Assembly (NCBI RefSeq): GCF_035272065.1
Contig: NZ_DATEQZ010000114.1
Coordinates: 3,002-67,001 of the forward strand
DNA length: 64,000 nt
Source of the DNA: Candidatus Binatus sp.
GTDB taxonomy: Bacteria; Desulfobacterota; Binatia; Binatales; Binataceae
Reading direction: 5' to 3'
In this document: piece by piece, positions 18,657-28,809 of the stretch
Position numbering within the stretch: the first letter of the stretch is position 1
Layout: the number at the start of each line of letters is the position of its first letter
Notes under the pieces: generated by a model
What the model saw: only the letters and a program-made list of their open reading frames with translations
Database searches by the model: none
What the model was told of the DNA's origin: nothing
Translations under genes and position numbers: made by a program

Positions 18657-20480
18657 TCATTCAAGGCGCCGCTGGAATGCGTCCTGCAGCGCGGGCAGGA
18701 TGCTCTGCCATTCGGCGACCAGCCCGATATTCGCGCGCTCGAAGATCAAAGCGTCGGCGTCATTGTTGATCGCGACGACGGTCTGCGCGCGCTTGAAACC
18801 GCAGGTGTGGTTGGGCGCCCCGCGTACCCCGACAGCAATATAGAGGCGCGGATCGATCGATTTGCCGGTCAGCCCGACCTGCAACTGTCGCGGCACCCAT
18901 CCTTGATCAGTCACGCGGCGCGTCGCGCACATTGCGGCGCCGAGCACTCGCGCGAGCGCGGCGACTCTCGCGACGCCCTCGGGTCCGCCGACACCGGTGC
19001 CGATGCCGACGACAACCTCGGCGCCTTCGAGCGGGACAATCGTGGGATCGAGTGTCGAGTGCGCCTTTATCAACCGGCTTTTCGGCGCGCTCACCTCGAC
19101 GCGCACAGTTTGAATTTCGGCTTGCTTGGCTTCCGACGGCGCCGCGAGTTCGAGCACGCCGGGCCGCACCGTCGCCATCTGCGGGAACGTTTTCGAGTAA
19201 ATCGGCGCGACGATGTTGCCGCCGAAGGCTGGCTTGAGCGCGACCATCCGATTCTCCGCGTCGAGCTCAATATCGATCGCGTCGCCAGTGAGTCCCAAGC
19301 CCAGCCGGGCGGCGAGTCGCGGTCCCCAGTCGCGCCCGCGCTCGGTCGCGCCAAGTAAAATTCCCCACGGAGCGTGCATCGAAACGACCTTCGCGACCGC
19401 CTCGGCGGCGGCCTCGGGAGTGTACGAATTCAGCGCCGGATGCTCGATCGTCAGCACTTGGTCGGCGCCGAAACTCGCGAGCAATCCCGCGTGCCGCGCG
19501 ATGCCGACGTCGAACCCCACCGCGAACACCGCGCCACCGAGACGCGATGCGAGTTCGTCGCCGCGCGAAACCAGCTCGAGCGTGCCGCGCGTAATGCGGC
19601 CTTCAAGATCAGTTTCGCACACGATCCAGACGTCGTGACCGCGCTTGCTCGCTCGCCGCGCCGCTGCGATCGGACGGCGATCGTGCACGCGGGGTTCGAG
19701 CGCGCCGAGTGCTCCGAGCGCCGACATGACCTCGGCCGCGGCGCGTTCTGGATCAGCCGCGTCGATGAATTTGCATTCGGTCTTTGGCGTTGCGACGACG
19801 CGAACTTCCTGCACCCACGTCGGAGAACCAGCGAGTCCGAATTCTTTTGCGTCGGCGCCGAGCTCCCCGGCGCGCACAATCTGGATCGGCCTGGTCTCCG
19901 CCTCCTCGGAAGCGCCCGGCTTGACCTTGACCGGTTGCGCGACACGCTCGGCGCAGGTGATGACCGCGGGCATCTCCGCCTCGACCTCATCAAAGCCTTC
20001 GTCGTTTTCACGCTCGGCGCGAAGCATACGACCGTCGATTTCCAGCTTTCGCGCACCGGTGATCTGCGCGGCGCCGATCAGTTCCGCGATCTCGGGGCCG
20101 ACCTGCCCCGTCTCCGCATCGAGCGAGTACTTGCCGAGCATGATCAGATCGAAGTTTCCGCGCGCCAGCCAAAGCGCGAGCGCGCGCGCCGTCGCGAGCG
20201 TATCGGCGCCCGCGAACGCGCGGTCTTCCAAGTGCACCGCGTAGTCCATCCCCATAGCGAGCGCATTGACGAGAGCCCCGCGCGCCTGCGGCGGTCCCAT
20301 GGTGACGACGGTAGTCTCCGCGCCGTGGCGATTTTTCACCTCGACGGCGAGCGAGATCGCACGCAGATCGAACGCGCTGATCACGTTGGGCCCGTCGCGC
20401 TTGATCGTCTTGGTCGTCGCATCGAAGTTGGCTTCTTCGATCAGCGGAATCTGCTTGATGCAAACGGCAATCTTGAGCAC
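18657..20480 (-). CDS. fused electron transfer flavoprotein, EtfB-like N-terminal half plus EtfA-like C-terminal half
   Basis: The N-terminus MLKIAVCIKQIPL...VTMGPPQA...DLIMLGKYSLDAETGQVGP is beta-subunit-like. The C-terminus VVGIGTGVG...RQLQVGLTGKSIDPRLYIAVGVRGAPNHTCG is the alpha-subunit FAD region. It is one uninterrupted 607-aa ORF. Confidence 0.85.
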   Translation of the reverse strand: MLKIAVCIKQIPLIEEANFDATTKTIKRDGPNVISAFDLRAISLAVEVKNRHGAETTVVTMGPPQARGALVNALAMGMDYAVHLEDRAFAGADTLATARALALWLARGNFDLIMLGKYSLDAETGQVGPEIAELIGAAQITGARKLEIDGRMLRAERENDEGFDEVEAEMPAVITCAERVAQPVKVKPGASEEAETRPIQIVRAGELGADAKEFGLAGSPTWVQEVRVVATPKTECKFIDAADPERAAAEVMSALGALGALEPRVHDRRPIAAARRASKRGHDVWIVCETDLEGRITRGTLELVSRGDELASRLGGAVFAVGFDVGIARHAGLLASFGADQVLTIEHPALNSYTPEAAAEAVAKVVSMHAPWGILLGATERGRDWGPRLAARLGLGLTGDAIDIELDAENRMVALKPAFGGNIVAPIYSKTFPQMATVRPGVLELAAPSEAKQAEIQTVRVEVSAPKSRLIKAHSTLDPTIVPLEGAEVVVGIGTGVGGPEGVARVAALARVLGAAMCATRRVTDQGWVPRQLQVGLTGKSIDPRLYIAVGVRGAPNHTCGFKRAQTVVAINNDADALIFERANIGLVAEWQSILPALQDAFQRRLE

Positions 20481-20584
20481 AGCGCTATTCCTCGTCCCGA
20501 CGAGGCTAGTTGAGCGCGTCGCGTGGATGCAACAAAGCGCGAGGGACGCTTACCGGCGCCGGTGCGATCGGGTAGTTTCGCGAG

Positions 20585-21454
20585 GTGGGCTTGTATCGAC
20601 TCGCGGCCGCCGCCGCGCTCTCCCTGTATGCATTGACGCTCGCCTCGCCGGCGAACGCGGCCGCACCTATGCGCATCGTGTCGCTCGCGCCGAGTGTGAC
20701 CGAGACGCTGTTTGCGCTCGGCGCGGGTCCCGACGTGGTCGGCGTCTCGCAGTATTGCGACTACCCGCCGCAGGTGCGCGACCTGCCGCGAGTCGGTTCC
20801 TTTCTGACGCCGAATCTCGAGGCGATCATCGCGCTCCGCCCCACCTTGGTCGTCGGGCTTGAACTGTCGTCGGACGTGCGCCAGATTCGCGCGTTAAATT
20901 CGATGGGCTATCCGGTGCTGCTGGTCAGCGACGACTCATTGCAAGAAATCGAAAACAGCATTGAAAAAGTCGGTGCGCGAATAAGTCGCGAGAATGAAGC
21001 GCGCCGCCTCGTCGCGCAGATTCAAGATCAGATCGCCGCAGTCCAAAATCGCCTCGCGAACGTCAAACCCCTGCGCGCATTGATGCTCGTCGGTCATCAG
21101 CCGATCGTCGCGGTTGGCTCCGGCACTTACCTCGACGAGCTCATGCACATCGCACGCGCCGACAACATCGCCGCGGCCGCCGGCGAGCAGTGGCCGCATC
21201 TCAGCATGGAGTTCATCATCGCGATGCGTCCCGAGGTCATCCTCGACGGTGCGATGGGTTCCGATGCGGCGTCGTCAAGTGATTTTTGGGGGAAATATCC
21301 GACCATTCCCGCGGTGCGCGATCATCGAGTCTTCGGCTATGCGGAGGATCCCATGCTCCATTCCGGTCCGCGTGTGGGACAATCGCTCGAGATAATGGCG
21401 CGCAAGATTCATCCCGAAGCGTGGGATCGCGGCGCCGCCGGTGCCGGCAAATGA
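20585..21454 (+). CDS. ABC transporter periplasmic binding protein (cobalamin / iron-complex, BtuF/FecB type)
   Basis: Signal peptide, then RIVSLAPSVTETLFALGAGPDVVGVSQYCDYP. GTG start. Confidence 0.85.
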   Translation: MGLYRLAAAAALSLYALTLASPANAAAPMRIVSLAPSVTETLFALGAGPDVVGVSQYCDYPPQVRDLPRVGSFLTPNLEAIIALRPTLVVGLELSSDVRQIRALNSMGYPVLLVSDDSLQEIENSIEKVGARISRENEARRLVAQIQDQIAAVQNRLANVKPLRALMLVGHQPIVAVGSGTYLDELMHIARADNIAAAAGEQWPHLSMEFIIAMRPEVILDGAMGSDAASSSDFWGKYPTIPAVRDHRVFGYAEDPMLHSGPRVGQSLEIMARKIHPEAWDRGAAGAGK

Positions 21455-22488
21455 ATGCGTCCGCAAGCAAGCCTGCACCGGCCGCGCACCTGACGCGCGC
21501 GCGGCTGCTCTCGATTCTCGGCGCGCTCACGGTTCTGCTGATCGTTTGTGCGCTCGCGGGCATGTTGTTCGGCACGGCGCATATCAGCCTCGCGCGCGCT
21601 TTTTCCGATCCCGAAAGTCCCGATCACGCGATTTTCTTCGGCGCCCGATTGCCGCGCGTCCTGATGGGCGTGATCGTCGGCGCGATGTTGGCCGCGGTAG
21701 GAACGGCTCTGCAAGCGCTCGTGCGCAATCCGTTGGCCGAGGGCGGCATCCTGGGAATCTCCGGCGCCGGTGCGCTCGGCGCGATACTCGCGCTCGTGAT
21801 GTCCGCGAAACTCGGCGGTGGCGAGGCCGTCGTCCCGCTGTGCGCATTCGGCGCGGCGCTGCTCTCGACCGTCGCGGTTTACCGGCTCGCGATGGTCGAC
21901 GGCCAGCTCGAACCGTTCACGTTGCTGCTGGTCGGCGTCATCTTCAACTCGTTCTGGGGCGCGGCAATAATGCTCGTGAACAGCGTCGTGAACTTCTATT
22001 TCGCGCACAGCATTCTGTTCTGGCTGATGGGCAGCCTCGAGGCGCCTACCTACGGCGAAGCGGCGATGGTCGCGGGTCTCGGGCTAGCGGGCTTTGCCGT
22101 CCTGATGTATCGCGCTCGCGATTTGAACCTGCTCAGCCTCGGCGACGAGTCAGCCACTGAGCTTGGCGTCGACGTGGACCGCCTTCGGCGCACCATCTTC
22201 GTCGCGACCTCGGTCATGATCGGCGCCGCGGTTTCCGTCAGCGGAATCATTTCGTTCGTTGGATTAATCGTTCCGCATACTTTGCGATTGAGATTCGGCG
22301 CCGATCATAGGCTGCTGCTGCCGGCGTCGCTGATTGGCGGCGCCGCATTCATGGTCGCCGCGGACCTGGTCGCACGCGTCGCAATCGCACCTGCCGAAAT
22401 TCCCGTCGGCGCGATCACCGCGCTATGCGGCGGCCCCTTCTTCATCTACATGCTGCGCCGCGAAGGGCGGAGGCCGCTTTGCCTATGA
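21451..22488 (+). CDS. FecCD/BtuC-family ABC permease
   Basis: ATGA overlap with the upstream stop. Polytopic, with GARLPRVLMGVIVGAMLAAVGTALQALVRNPLAEGGILGISGA. Confidence 0.9.
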   Translation: MNASASKPAPAAHLTRARLLSILGALTVLLIVCALAGMLFGTAHISLARAFSDPESPDHAIFFGARLPRVLMGVIVGAMLAAVGTALQALVRNPLAEGGILGISGAGALGAILALVMSAKLGGGEAVVPLCAFGAALLSTVAVYRLAMVDGQLEPFTLLLVGVIFNSFWGAAIMLVNSVVNFYFAHSILFWLMGSLEAPTYGEAAMVAGLGLAGFAVLMYRARDLNLLSLGDESATELGVDVDRLRRTIFVATSVMIGAAVSVSGIISFVGLIVPHTLRLRFGADHRLLLPASLIGGAAFMVAADLVARVAIAPAEIPVGAITALCGGPFFIYMLRREGRRPLCL

Positions 22489-23303
22489 CGCCGCCGCCGC
22501 GCGATACCGTCATCGCTATGCGTGCGAGTGCGATTCACGCGGGATATCCCGGCGTGCCCGTGCTGCATGGCGTGTCGATCGAGGTCGCGGCCGGAGAGAT
22601 GCTTGCGATCGTCGGTCCCAACGGCGCGGGCAAGTCCACGCTGCTCAAGGTTCTCGGCGGCTCGATTAAACCAGGCGCGGGCAGCGTCGAACTATTCGGC
22701 CGCCCGCTCGATTCGATCGAGCGGCGCGAGTTCGCGCGCACGGTCGCGTCGGTGGGCCAGGAAAACGCGGTTGCATTCTGCTTCACGGTGCTGGAAATCG
22801 TACTGATGGGCCGCGCCCCGCATCTCGGCGCCTTTCGCTTCGAGAGCCCGCACGATTTGGAGATCGCATTGGCCGCGCTCGAGCGCTTCGATCTGCGCGA
22901 TCTTGCGGCGCGCCACGTGCAGGAACTGTCCGGCGGCGAGCGCAAGCGCGTGTTCCTGGCGCGCGCCCTCGCACAGGAGCCGAAGATTGCGCTGCTCGAC
23001 GAGCCGACCGCGTTCCTCGATCTCAAGCACGTCGCCGAAATTTTCGCGCGCTTTCGCGAGCTGTGCGCCGAGCGCGGCATGGCCGTGGTCGCGACGCTTC
23101 ACGATCTCAATGCCGCCGCGCTGTATGCCGATCGCGTGCTGCTGCTCGCCGACGGCGCCGAGGTCGCGTATGGAACCCCCGCCAAAGTTCTGACGGCGGA
23201 GAATCTGCGCCGCGTTTACGAAACCGACGTGTACGTCGGGCGCAATCCCTCGACGGGCGCGCTGATCGTTCTGCCCGCCGCACTTCCCACCGCCCGCGCC
23301 TAA
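22485..23303 (+). CDS. ABC transporter ATP-binding protein (iron-complex / cobalamin type)
   Basis: ATGA overlap. Walker A GPNGAGKST, signature LSGGERKR, Walker B ALLDEPTAFLD. Confidence 0.9.
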   Translation: MTPPPRDTVIAMRASAIHAGYPGVPVLHGVSIEVAAGEMLAIVGPNGAGKSTLLKVLGGSIKPGAGSVELFGRPLDSIERREFARTVASVGQENAVAFCFTVLEIVLMGRAPHLGAFRFESPHDLEIALAALERFDLRDLAARHVQELSGGERKRVFLARALAQEPKIALLDEPTAFLDLKHVAEIFARFRELCAERGMAVVATLHDLNAAALYADRVLLLADGAEVAYGTPAKVLTAENLRRVYETDVYVGRNPSTGALIVLPAALPTARA

Positions 23304-23318
23304 CTTCTTATCACTGGG

Positions 23319-23337
23319 TGCAGGGGTCACCCCTGCA
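23319..23337. repeat. palindrome TGCAGGGGT-C-ACCCCTGCA, copy 2 of 2
   Basis: Perfect palindrome 16 nt after the ABC ATPase stop. It has the same core as 2124-2140. Confidence 0.85.
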
Positions 23338-23375
23338 ATTGCCCGCCTCGGCGCGCGCCGGTACTCTGTATATAG

Positions 23376-24080
23376 ATGTCCTCTTCCGCGACTGAGTGGT
23401 TGAATCTCGTCTTCGACGCCGACGACACGCTCTGGGATTCCAATATCCATTTTCTCGAGGCATTCGATGATTTTGCTGCGGCCGTCGGCGACGCGGGCCT
23501 CGGTCTGTCGCGCATTGAGATTCACGCCGCGGTGCGCCGCGCCGAAATCACTCTGATCAAAACGCACGGCTATGGCCGCCGTCCTTACGTTAGAGCGCTG
23601 CATCAGGCGGCCGATGAACTCGCGCCTGCCGGTCACGACGGCTTGCGCGACGAGATCGAGCGCATCGGTGCGCATCTGCTCGAGCGCGAGTGTGCACTAC
23701 TGCCCGACGTCGAACCGACGCTGCAAGAACTTTCGCAGCGTCATCGGCTGCTGATGTTCACCAAGGGCCAGCGCGACGAACAGTTGCAGAAGCTCGCGCG
23801 CTCCGGGCTGGGGCCGCTATTCGATCGCGTTGAGACGCCGCGCGAGAAAGATGTCGACGCGTATCGACGCCTCGTGCGCGACGCCAACCTCGATCCGTCG
23901 CTGACATTTATGATCGGCAACAGTCCGCGCTCGGACATCAATCCCGCCGTCGCCGCCGGCCTGCGCGCGGTTTTCATTCCGCATCCGCATACCTGGGAAC
24001 TCGAGCACGAAGAAATCAATGGAGCCGGCGATCGGATTATCGAACTAACCTCCTTTCGCCGCCTGGTCGAAGTATTCTAG
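23376..24080 (+). CDS. HAD-superfamily hydrolase
   Basis: LVFDADDTLWDS (DxD motif I), MFTKG, and GNSPRSDINPAVAAG (motif IV). Confidence 0.75.
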   Translation: MSSSATEWLNLVFDADDTLWDSNIHFLEAFDDFAAAVGDAGLGLSRIEIHAAVRRAEITLIKTHGYGRRPYVRALHQAADELAPAGHDGLRDEIERIGAHLLERECALLPDVEPTLQELSQRHRLLMFTKGQRDEQLQKLARSGLGPLFDRVETPREKDVDAYRRLVRDANLDPSLTFMIGNSPRSDINPAVAAGLRAVFIPHPHTWELEHEEINGAGDRIIELTSFRRLVEVF

Positions 24081-24093
24081 TATCGATGATCCG

Positions 24094-25089
24094 ATGCCCA
24101 CTGCCGAACTGATCGACGACTTGCCGTCGCACAAGCCGATCGCTGCCGCTGCCGGCCGCGCGAAGGCGAAGCCTCCGCTGGCGCTGCGCCCGCTCCATCG
24201 CATGTGGCGGCGGACGATCGACGAGATCAAAGTATCCGAGATTGACCTGCCGGTGCGCGGATTGCCCGGCGTTTTGCGCGGACTCGTCGCATGCCAGATA
24301 AGCGACTTCCACGTCGATCGCGACGAGGACCTCGAGCGCCTGGCGCTGGCCGTCGAAGCGATCAATCAACAGAATCCGGACCTCATCTTTCTCACCGGCG
24401 ATTATTTTTCCGGCCCAGACACGATGCATCGTTATCTCGGCGCCTTTCGCGACACGCTGAAACATCTGCGCCCGCGGTCCGGCCTGTTCGCGATCCTCGG
24501 CAATCATGACCACTGGTCGTCGGCCGAGCGGATTACCGAGGGACTCAAGCGCGCCGGCGCGGACGTGCTCGCCAACGAGAGTCGCCGGCTCTTCGTGCGC
24601 AACGAGCAACTGATGGTCGTCGGCATCGACGATCTGTGGTCGCGGCGCGCCGAGCCGGCGCGCGCGTTCGGCGACGTCAACCGCGATGACTGCACAATCG
24701 TCCTCGCGCACAATCCGGATACCGCCCTGTACACGCGTCATCTGAGGCCGGGCGTGATGCTCTCCGGCCACACTCACGGCGGCGTCGTGCGAATTCCGTT
24801 TTATGGATCTCCGCTGAAATCGATTCTGCGCATCGGCAAGGAATTTTACTCGGGCCTCAACCGTTACGAAGATTTTTACATCTATACCAATCGCGGCCTG
24901 GGCACGTTTTGGCTGAGGATCCGCATCAACTGCCCGCCCGAAGTCTCGCGCTTCTCGCTGACGCCTCTGATCGAGGCAACCCACGCCGAGAAACCGGCTT
25001 CAACTCGGAAACTGCATCCGTTGAAGCGCGTCCGCCGTCGCCGAACGCCGCGCCCCCTCATTCATCGACCGCACCGAAAGCACGTCTAG
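24094..25089 (+). CDS. metallophosphoesterase
   Basis: ISDFHVD, LTGDYF, LGNHDHW, VLAHNPD, LSGHTHGG. Confidence 0.8.
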   Translation: MPTAELIDDLPSHKPIAAAAGRAKAKPPLALRPLHRMWRRTIDEIKVSEIDLPVRGLPGVLRGLVACQISDFHVDRDEDLERLALAVEAINQQNPDLIFLTGDYFSGPDTMHRYLGAFRDTLKHLRPRSGLFAILGNHDHWSSAERITEGLKRAGADVLANESRRLFVRNEQLMVVGIDDLWSRRAEPARAFGDVNRDDCTIVLAHNPDTALYTRHLRPGVMLSGHTHGGVVRIPFYGSPLKSILRIGKEFYSGLNRYEDFYIYTNRGLGTFWLRIRINCPPEVSRFSLTPLIEATHAEKPASTRKLHPLKRVRRRRTPRPLIHRPHRKHV

Positions 25090-25104
25090 CCTAGAGTCGT
25101 CGCG

Positions 25105-26487
25105 ATGCTCGATCTCGCGATCGTCGGCGCAACTGTAGTAACGCCCTCTGGCGTCGCTCCGGCTGATGTTGGCGTGATCGCGGAAAAGATCGTGAACATC
25201 GCGCCGCCAGGCGCGCTCGAATCTGCGCGTCGCACCATCGACGCCCGTGGGATGCTCCTCATTCCCGGCGCCGTCGATCCGCATACACATCTCGACGCCG
25301 AGATGTTCTCGATGCACACCATCGACGACTTCAAGTCGGGCACCGCGGCCGCGGTCGCCGGCGGGGTTACGACGATCGTCGACTATGCATTCCAGGCGCA
25401 TGGCGGCTCGCTCGCCGATGCGATCGAAAAATGGAGCGCCAAGGCGCGCGCTCGCGCGCTCATCGATTACGGCTTTCACGTTGCACTGCTCGATCCGTCG
25501 CCCGAGGCGATCGCCGAAATTCCGCGCGTCGTCGAGCGCGGAGTCACCAGTTTCAAGATCTTCATGATGCAAGGTTTCGAGGCTCGCGCGCGCGACTTCA
25601 TGCGCGCGTTCAGAGTGGCAGGCGATAGCGGTGCCCTGCTTGCGATTCACGCCGAGGACGAGCACCTGATCGGATTTTGCACCGAGCGTCTGCTCGCCGC
25701 CGACAAGCATGACGTGACGCACTTCGCGGCCAGCCGCCCGCCGTTGTCCGAGGCCGCCGCGGTCCGGCGCGCGCTCGCGATGACCGAGTTGTCCGGCACG
25801 CCCGCCTACTTCGTGCATCTGTCGAGCCGCGAGGCTGTCGACGAAATCCGCCGCGCGCGCTCCCGCGGCCGCGTCGTGCTCGCCGAGACCCGGCCCATTT
25901 ATCTGTATTTGACCGAAGAGCGCTTCCTCGAACCCAACGGCGCGAAGTACGTCGGCTATCCTCCGCTGCGCAGCGCCGAGCATCGCGACGCGCTTTGGGC
26001 CGCGCTCGAGGACGGCACCGTGGACGTCGTCGCGACCGATCACTGCAGTTGGACTCTCGAGCGCAAAATTTCCGCCAATCGCTTCACGCGGATGCCGCCG
26101 GGGATGTCCAACCTCGAGACGCTCGTGCCGATGCTCTATTCTGAAGGCGTCGCGAAGGGCCGCCTCTCGATTTCGCGATGGGTCGATCTGACGGCGACCA
26201 ACGCCGCGAAAATTTTCGGCATGTATCCGCGCAAGGGCGCGATCGTCGAGGGCGCCGCCGCCGACCTGGTGGTCTTCGACCCCGCTTGCAGAGTCGTAAT
26301 CAACAGCCGCGAGATGCACTCGCGCTCCGACTACGATCCGTTCGAAGGGTTCGAAGTCACCGGATGGCCGAAGATGACAATCTCGCGCGGCAGGCCAATC
26401 GTTACCGATCGCAAGGTCGACGCACCCGCCGGACGCGGCGAGTTCATCGCGCGCGAGCGGTTCTCGCCACGCTGGCGGAACCAATAG
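25105..26487 (+). CDS. dihydropyrimidinase / D-hydantoinase-family amidohydrolase
   Basis: PGAVDPHTHLD, SFKIFM (carboxylated Lys region), HAEDE, HLSS, ATDHC. Confidence 0.85.
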   Translation: MLDLAIVGATVVTPSGVAPADVGVIAEKIVNIAPPGALESARRTIDARGMLLIPGAVDPHTHLDAEMFSMHTIDDFKSGTAAAVAGGVTTIVDYAFQAHGGSLADAIEKWSAKARARALIDYGFHVALLDPSPEAIAEIPRVVERGVTSFKIFMMQGFEARARDFMRAFRVAGDSGALLAIHAEDEHLIGFCTERLLAADKHDVTHFAASRPPLSEAAAVRRALAMTELSGTPAYFVHLSSREAVDEIRRARSRGRVVLAETRPIYLYLTEERFLEPNGAKYVGYPPLRSAEHRDALWAALEDGTVDVVATDHCSWTLERKISANRFTRMPPGMSNLETLVPMLYSEGVAKGRLSISRWVDLTATNAAKIFGMYPRKGAIVEGAAADLVVFDPACRVVINSREMHSRSDYDPFEGFEVTGWPKMTISRGRPIVTDRKVDAPAGRGEFIARERFSPRWRNQ

Positions 26488-26520
26488 CCTCGCCGCGGAG
26501 TCAAGCTCAGAATCAAATCA

Positions 26521-27435
26521 ATGGACGGAAGAATTGTCGCGCTCGCGGGCGGCTCGGGATTCATCGGTCGCGCGATCGCTCGCCGCTTGGTCGCGGTTGG
26601 CGGAATCAAAGTGCACGTGCTCACGCGAAATCCCGAGAAGGCGCGTGCGCAGCTCGATTTGGCCGGCGTCGAATTTGTCCACGGAGACATCGCGCAGTCC
26701 GCATCGCTGAAGGACGCGCTCCTGGGCGCTAGCGCGATTGTCGATGCGATCCAGTTTGACGGCTACCCGGTCGAAAATCCGCGCCGTGGCCTCACCTTCG
26801 AGCGAATCGACTATGGCGGCGCCGTCGCGCTTGTCGAAGCCGCGAAGCAAGCAGGCGTCGAGCAGTTCATCTACATAAGCGGCGCCGCCGCCGACGAGAA
26901 CAGCGCACATCCCGGCTTTCGCGCCAAGGGCCGCGCCGAGCGCGCGATCCGCGAGTCGGGGCTGGCGTACACGATCTTTCGCCCGTCGCTGGTGTACGGG
27001 CCGGAGGACAAAGTCGTTAACGGTCTCGCCCGTGCGCTACGTTTCGCGCCGGTCTTCGGAGTGCCCGGCACCGGGCGGCAGAAAGTTCAGCCGGTGCTGG
27101 TGGACGACCTCGCCGCTTGCGTGATGCTCGCAGTGTCGGGACGCGGCCGCAATGGAACTTACGAAATCGGCGGGCCTGATCTGATGACGTTTGACGAGAT
27201 GATGCGGATCATCATGGACGCGAGCGGACATCGCCGCCCGCTGTTTCATATTCCGGAAGGGATCATGCGCGGTGTCGGCGGCCTGCTCGAAAAGATGCCC
27301 AAGCCATTGCTGTCGCGCGACGCGGTCACCTTCGTCACGGCTGACAACGCATGCAACATCAAACCGCTGGTCGATGAGTTCGGAATAAATCTCACGCCGG
27401 CCCGCGTCGGGATGGCTTATCTCGCGAAAAAATAG
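26521..27435 (+). CDS. NAD(P)-binding Rossmann protein (NmrA / NDUFA9-like SDR)
   Basis: IVALAGGSGFIGRAIARRLV glycine motif. 304 aa. Confidence 0.7.
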   Translation: MDGRIVALAGGSGFIGRAIARRLVAVGGIKVHVLTRNPEKARAQLDLAGVEFVHGDIAQSASLKDALLGASAIVDAIQFDGYPVENPRRGLTFERIDYGGAVALVEAAKQAGVEQFIYISGAAADENSAHPGFRAKGRAERAIRESGLAYTIFRPSLVYGPEDKVVNGLARALRFAPVFGVPGTGRQKVQPVLVDDLAACVMLAVSGRGRNGTYEIGGPDLMTFDEMMRIIMDASGHRRPLFHIPEGIMRGVGGLLEKMPKPLLSRDAVTFVTADNACNIKPLVDEFGINLTPARVGMAYLAKK

Positions 27436-27445
27436 CTCTTCGTTG

Positions 27446-28363
27446 CTACTGCAGTCGCCGCCAGCTGGAGCCTTCGTGATCGAAATGGAACAGCTCCGGG
27501 TGCGCGATCTCGGCGAGAATCTCCAGCGACTCCACGATTCGCGGACCGGGCCGGTTGAAATACTGATTGCCGTCGGCCATGAAGACGCGCCCGCCGCGCA
27601 CCGCCTTGAGCCCGTGCCACTCCGCACGATTCGTCACCGCGGGCAGATCCTGCGCCGCGCGATCCATGTTGAAGCCGCACGGCGAGATCAAAATCACGTC
27701 CGGATCTTTGGCGACCAGCTCGTCGAATTTCATCCACGGCGAATGCTCGCCCGCTTTGCCGAAAAGATTTACGCCACCGGCCATCTCGACCAGCGTCGGC
27801 ATCCAGTTGCCCGCCGCCATCAGCGGATCGATCCACTCAATCGTTGCGACGCTCGGGCGATCCGACACGCCGCGGGCTCGGTCCGCAATCTTGCTGAGTC
27901 GCATGCGCAGCCGCTCGACGAGTTCCGTCCCGCGTGCCGAAGTATCGAGCGCATCCGCCACCCGCTGCATGTCGGTAAAGATGTCATCGAGGCCGTACGG
28001 CGCCAGCGAAACGATCTTCGGGCGCGCGCCGAGCCACTCTGCCACTGCGGCTTCCACGTCACGCTCGCTGACCGCGCACACTTCGCACTGTGATTGCGTG
28101 ACGATCACGTCGGGCCGAAGTTCGCGCAGCATTGCCGCATGGACGCGATAGACCGAGAGCGCGTCGCCGACGATCTTTTTCACTCGCTGGTCGATCTCGG
28201 CGCTGGTGCCCTCGGGATTGAACTTCGGTTCCGTCAACGCGGGGATGCGCACTACAGAGCGCGGGAAGTCGCATTCGTGCGAGCGGCCGACCAATCGATC
28301 TTCGAAACCGAGCGCGCAAACGATCTCTGTCGCGCTCGGCAGCAGGGTTATGATTCGCGGCAT
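27446..28363 (-). CDS. cobalamin-binding (BtuF-like) protein without an obvious signal peptide
   Basis: MPRIITLLPSATEIVCALGFEDRLVGRSHECDFP starts directly in the conserved fold. ATG 28363 is preferred. Confidence 0.7.
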   Translation of the reverse strand: MPRIITLLPSATEIVCALGFEDRLVGRSHECDFPRSVVRIPALTEPKFNPEGTSAEIDQRVKKIVGDALSVYRVHAAMLRELRPDVIVTQSQCEVCAVSERDVEAAVAEWLGARPKIVSLAPYGLDDIFTDMQRVADALDTSARGTELVERLRMRLSKIADRARGVSDRPSVATIEWIDPLMAAGNWMPTLVEMAGGVNLFGKAGEHSPWMKFDELVAKDPDVILISPCGFNMDRAAQDLPAVTNRAEWHGLKAVRGGRVFMADGNQYFNRPGPRIVESLEILAEIAHPELFHFDHEGSSWRRLQ

Positions 28364-28368
28364 TTGAT

Positions 28369-28809
28369 TCACTGCCTTATTCCCTGGCGGCTGCATTCCT
28401 TTATCTCGTCCTCGCCCACCTCGGCATCCATCAATTTGAAATGCACGTTGCTGCCGGCGACGCCGCTGGACGCGACGTCCTCCTTGATGAAGTATTTCTC
28501 GCCCGCGTGCGCGTCAAACTTTAACTCCGCCGTCGCGTCGGCCGGGGTCGCACACGTTATCGGGCCCGTGTCCGCGATGAACTCGTAAAAGCCGGCGGTT
28601 TCCAATTCTATACTCTCATGGCCGCAGACAATCATCGGATTCACCTGCGAACTGATAAGCCCGTACGGCCGATAGATGTAGATAACGCTCCGCGACGCGG
28701 GCGCCGCCCTCGGCTGATACGCTTCGCCCTGCGCGCCGCATCCTGCGAGCATCGTGCAAAAAGCCGCCGCCAGGATTCCTGTCAGGGTGCGAGTCACTCT
28801 TAGTCTCAC
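28369..28809 (-). CDS. lipoprotein (DUF2846-like)
   Basis: Lipobox MLAGC. GTG start overlapping the upstream stop. Confidence 0.55.
   Translation of the reverse strand: MRLRVTRTLTGILAAAFCTMLAGCGAQGEAYQPRAAPASRSVIYIYRPYGLISSQVNPMIVCGHESIELETAGFYEFIADTGPITCATPADATAELKFDAHAGEKYFIKEDVASSGVAGSNVHFKLMDAEVGEDEIKECSRQGIRQ

Noticed and set aside
20481-20584. A cobalamin riboswitch upstream of the BtuF-like ABC importer
   Set aside because: The spacer is only about 100 nt, shorter than a typical cobalamin aptamer plus expression platform, and I saw no B12-box-like sequence.
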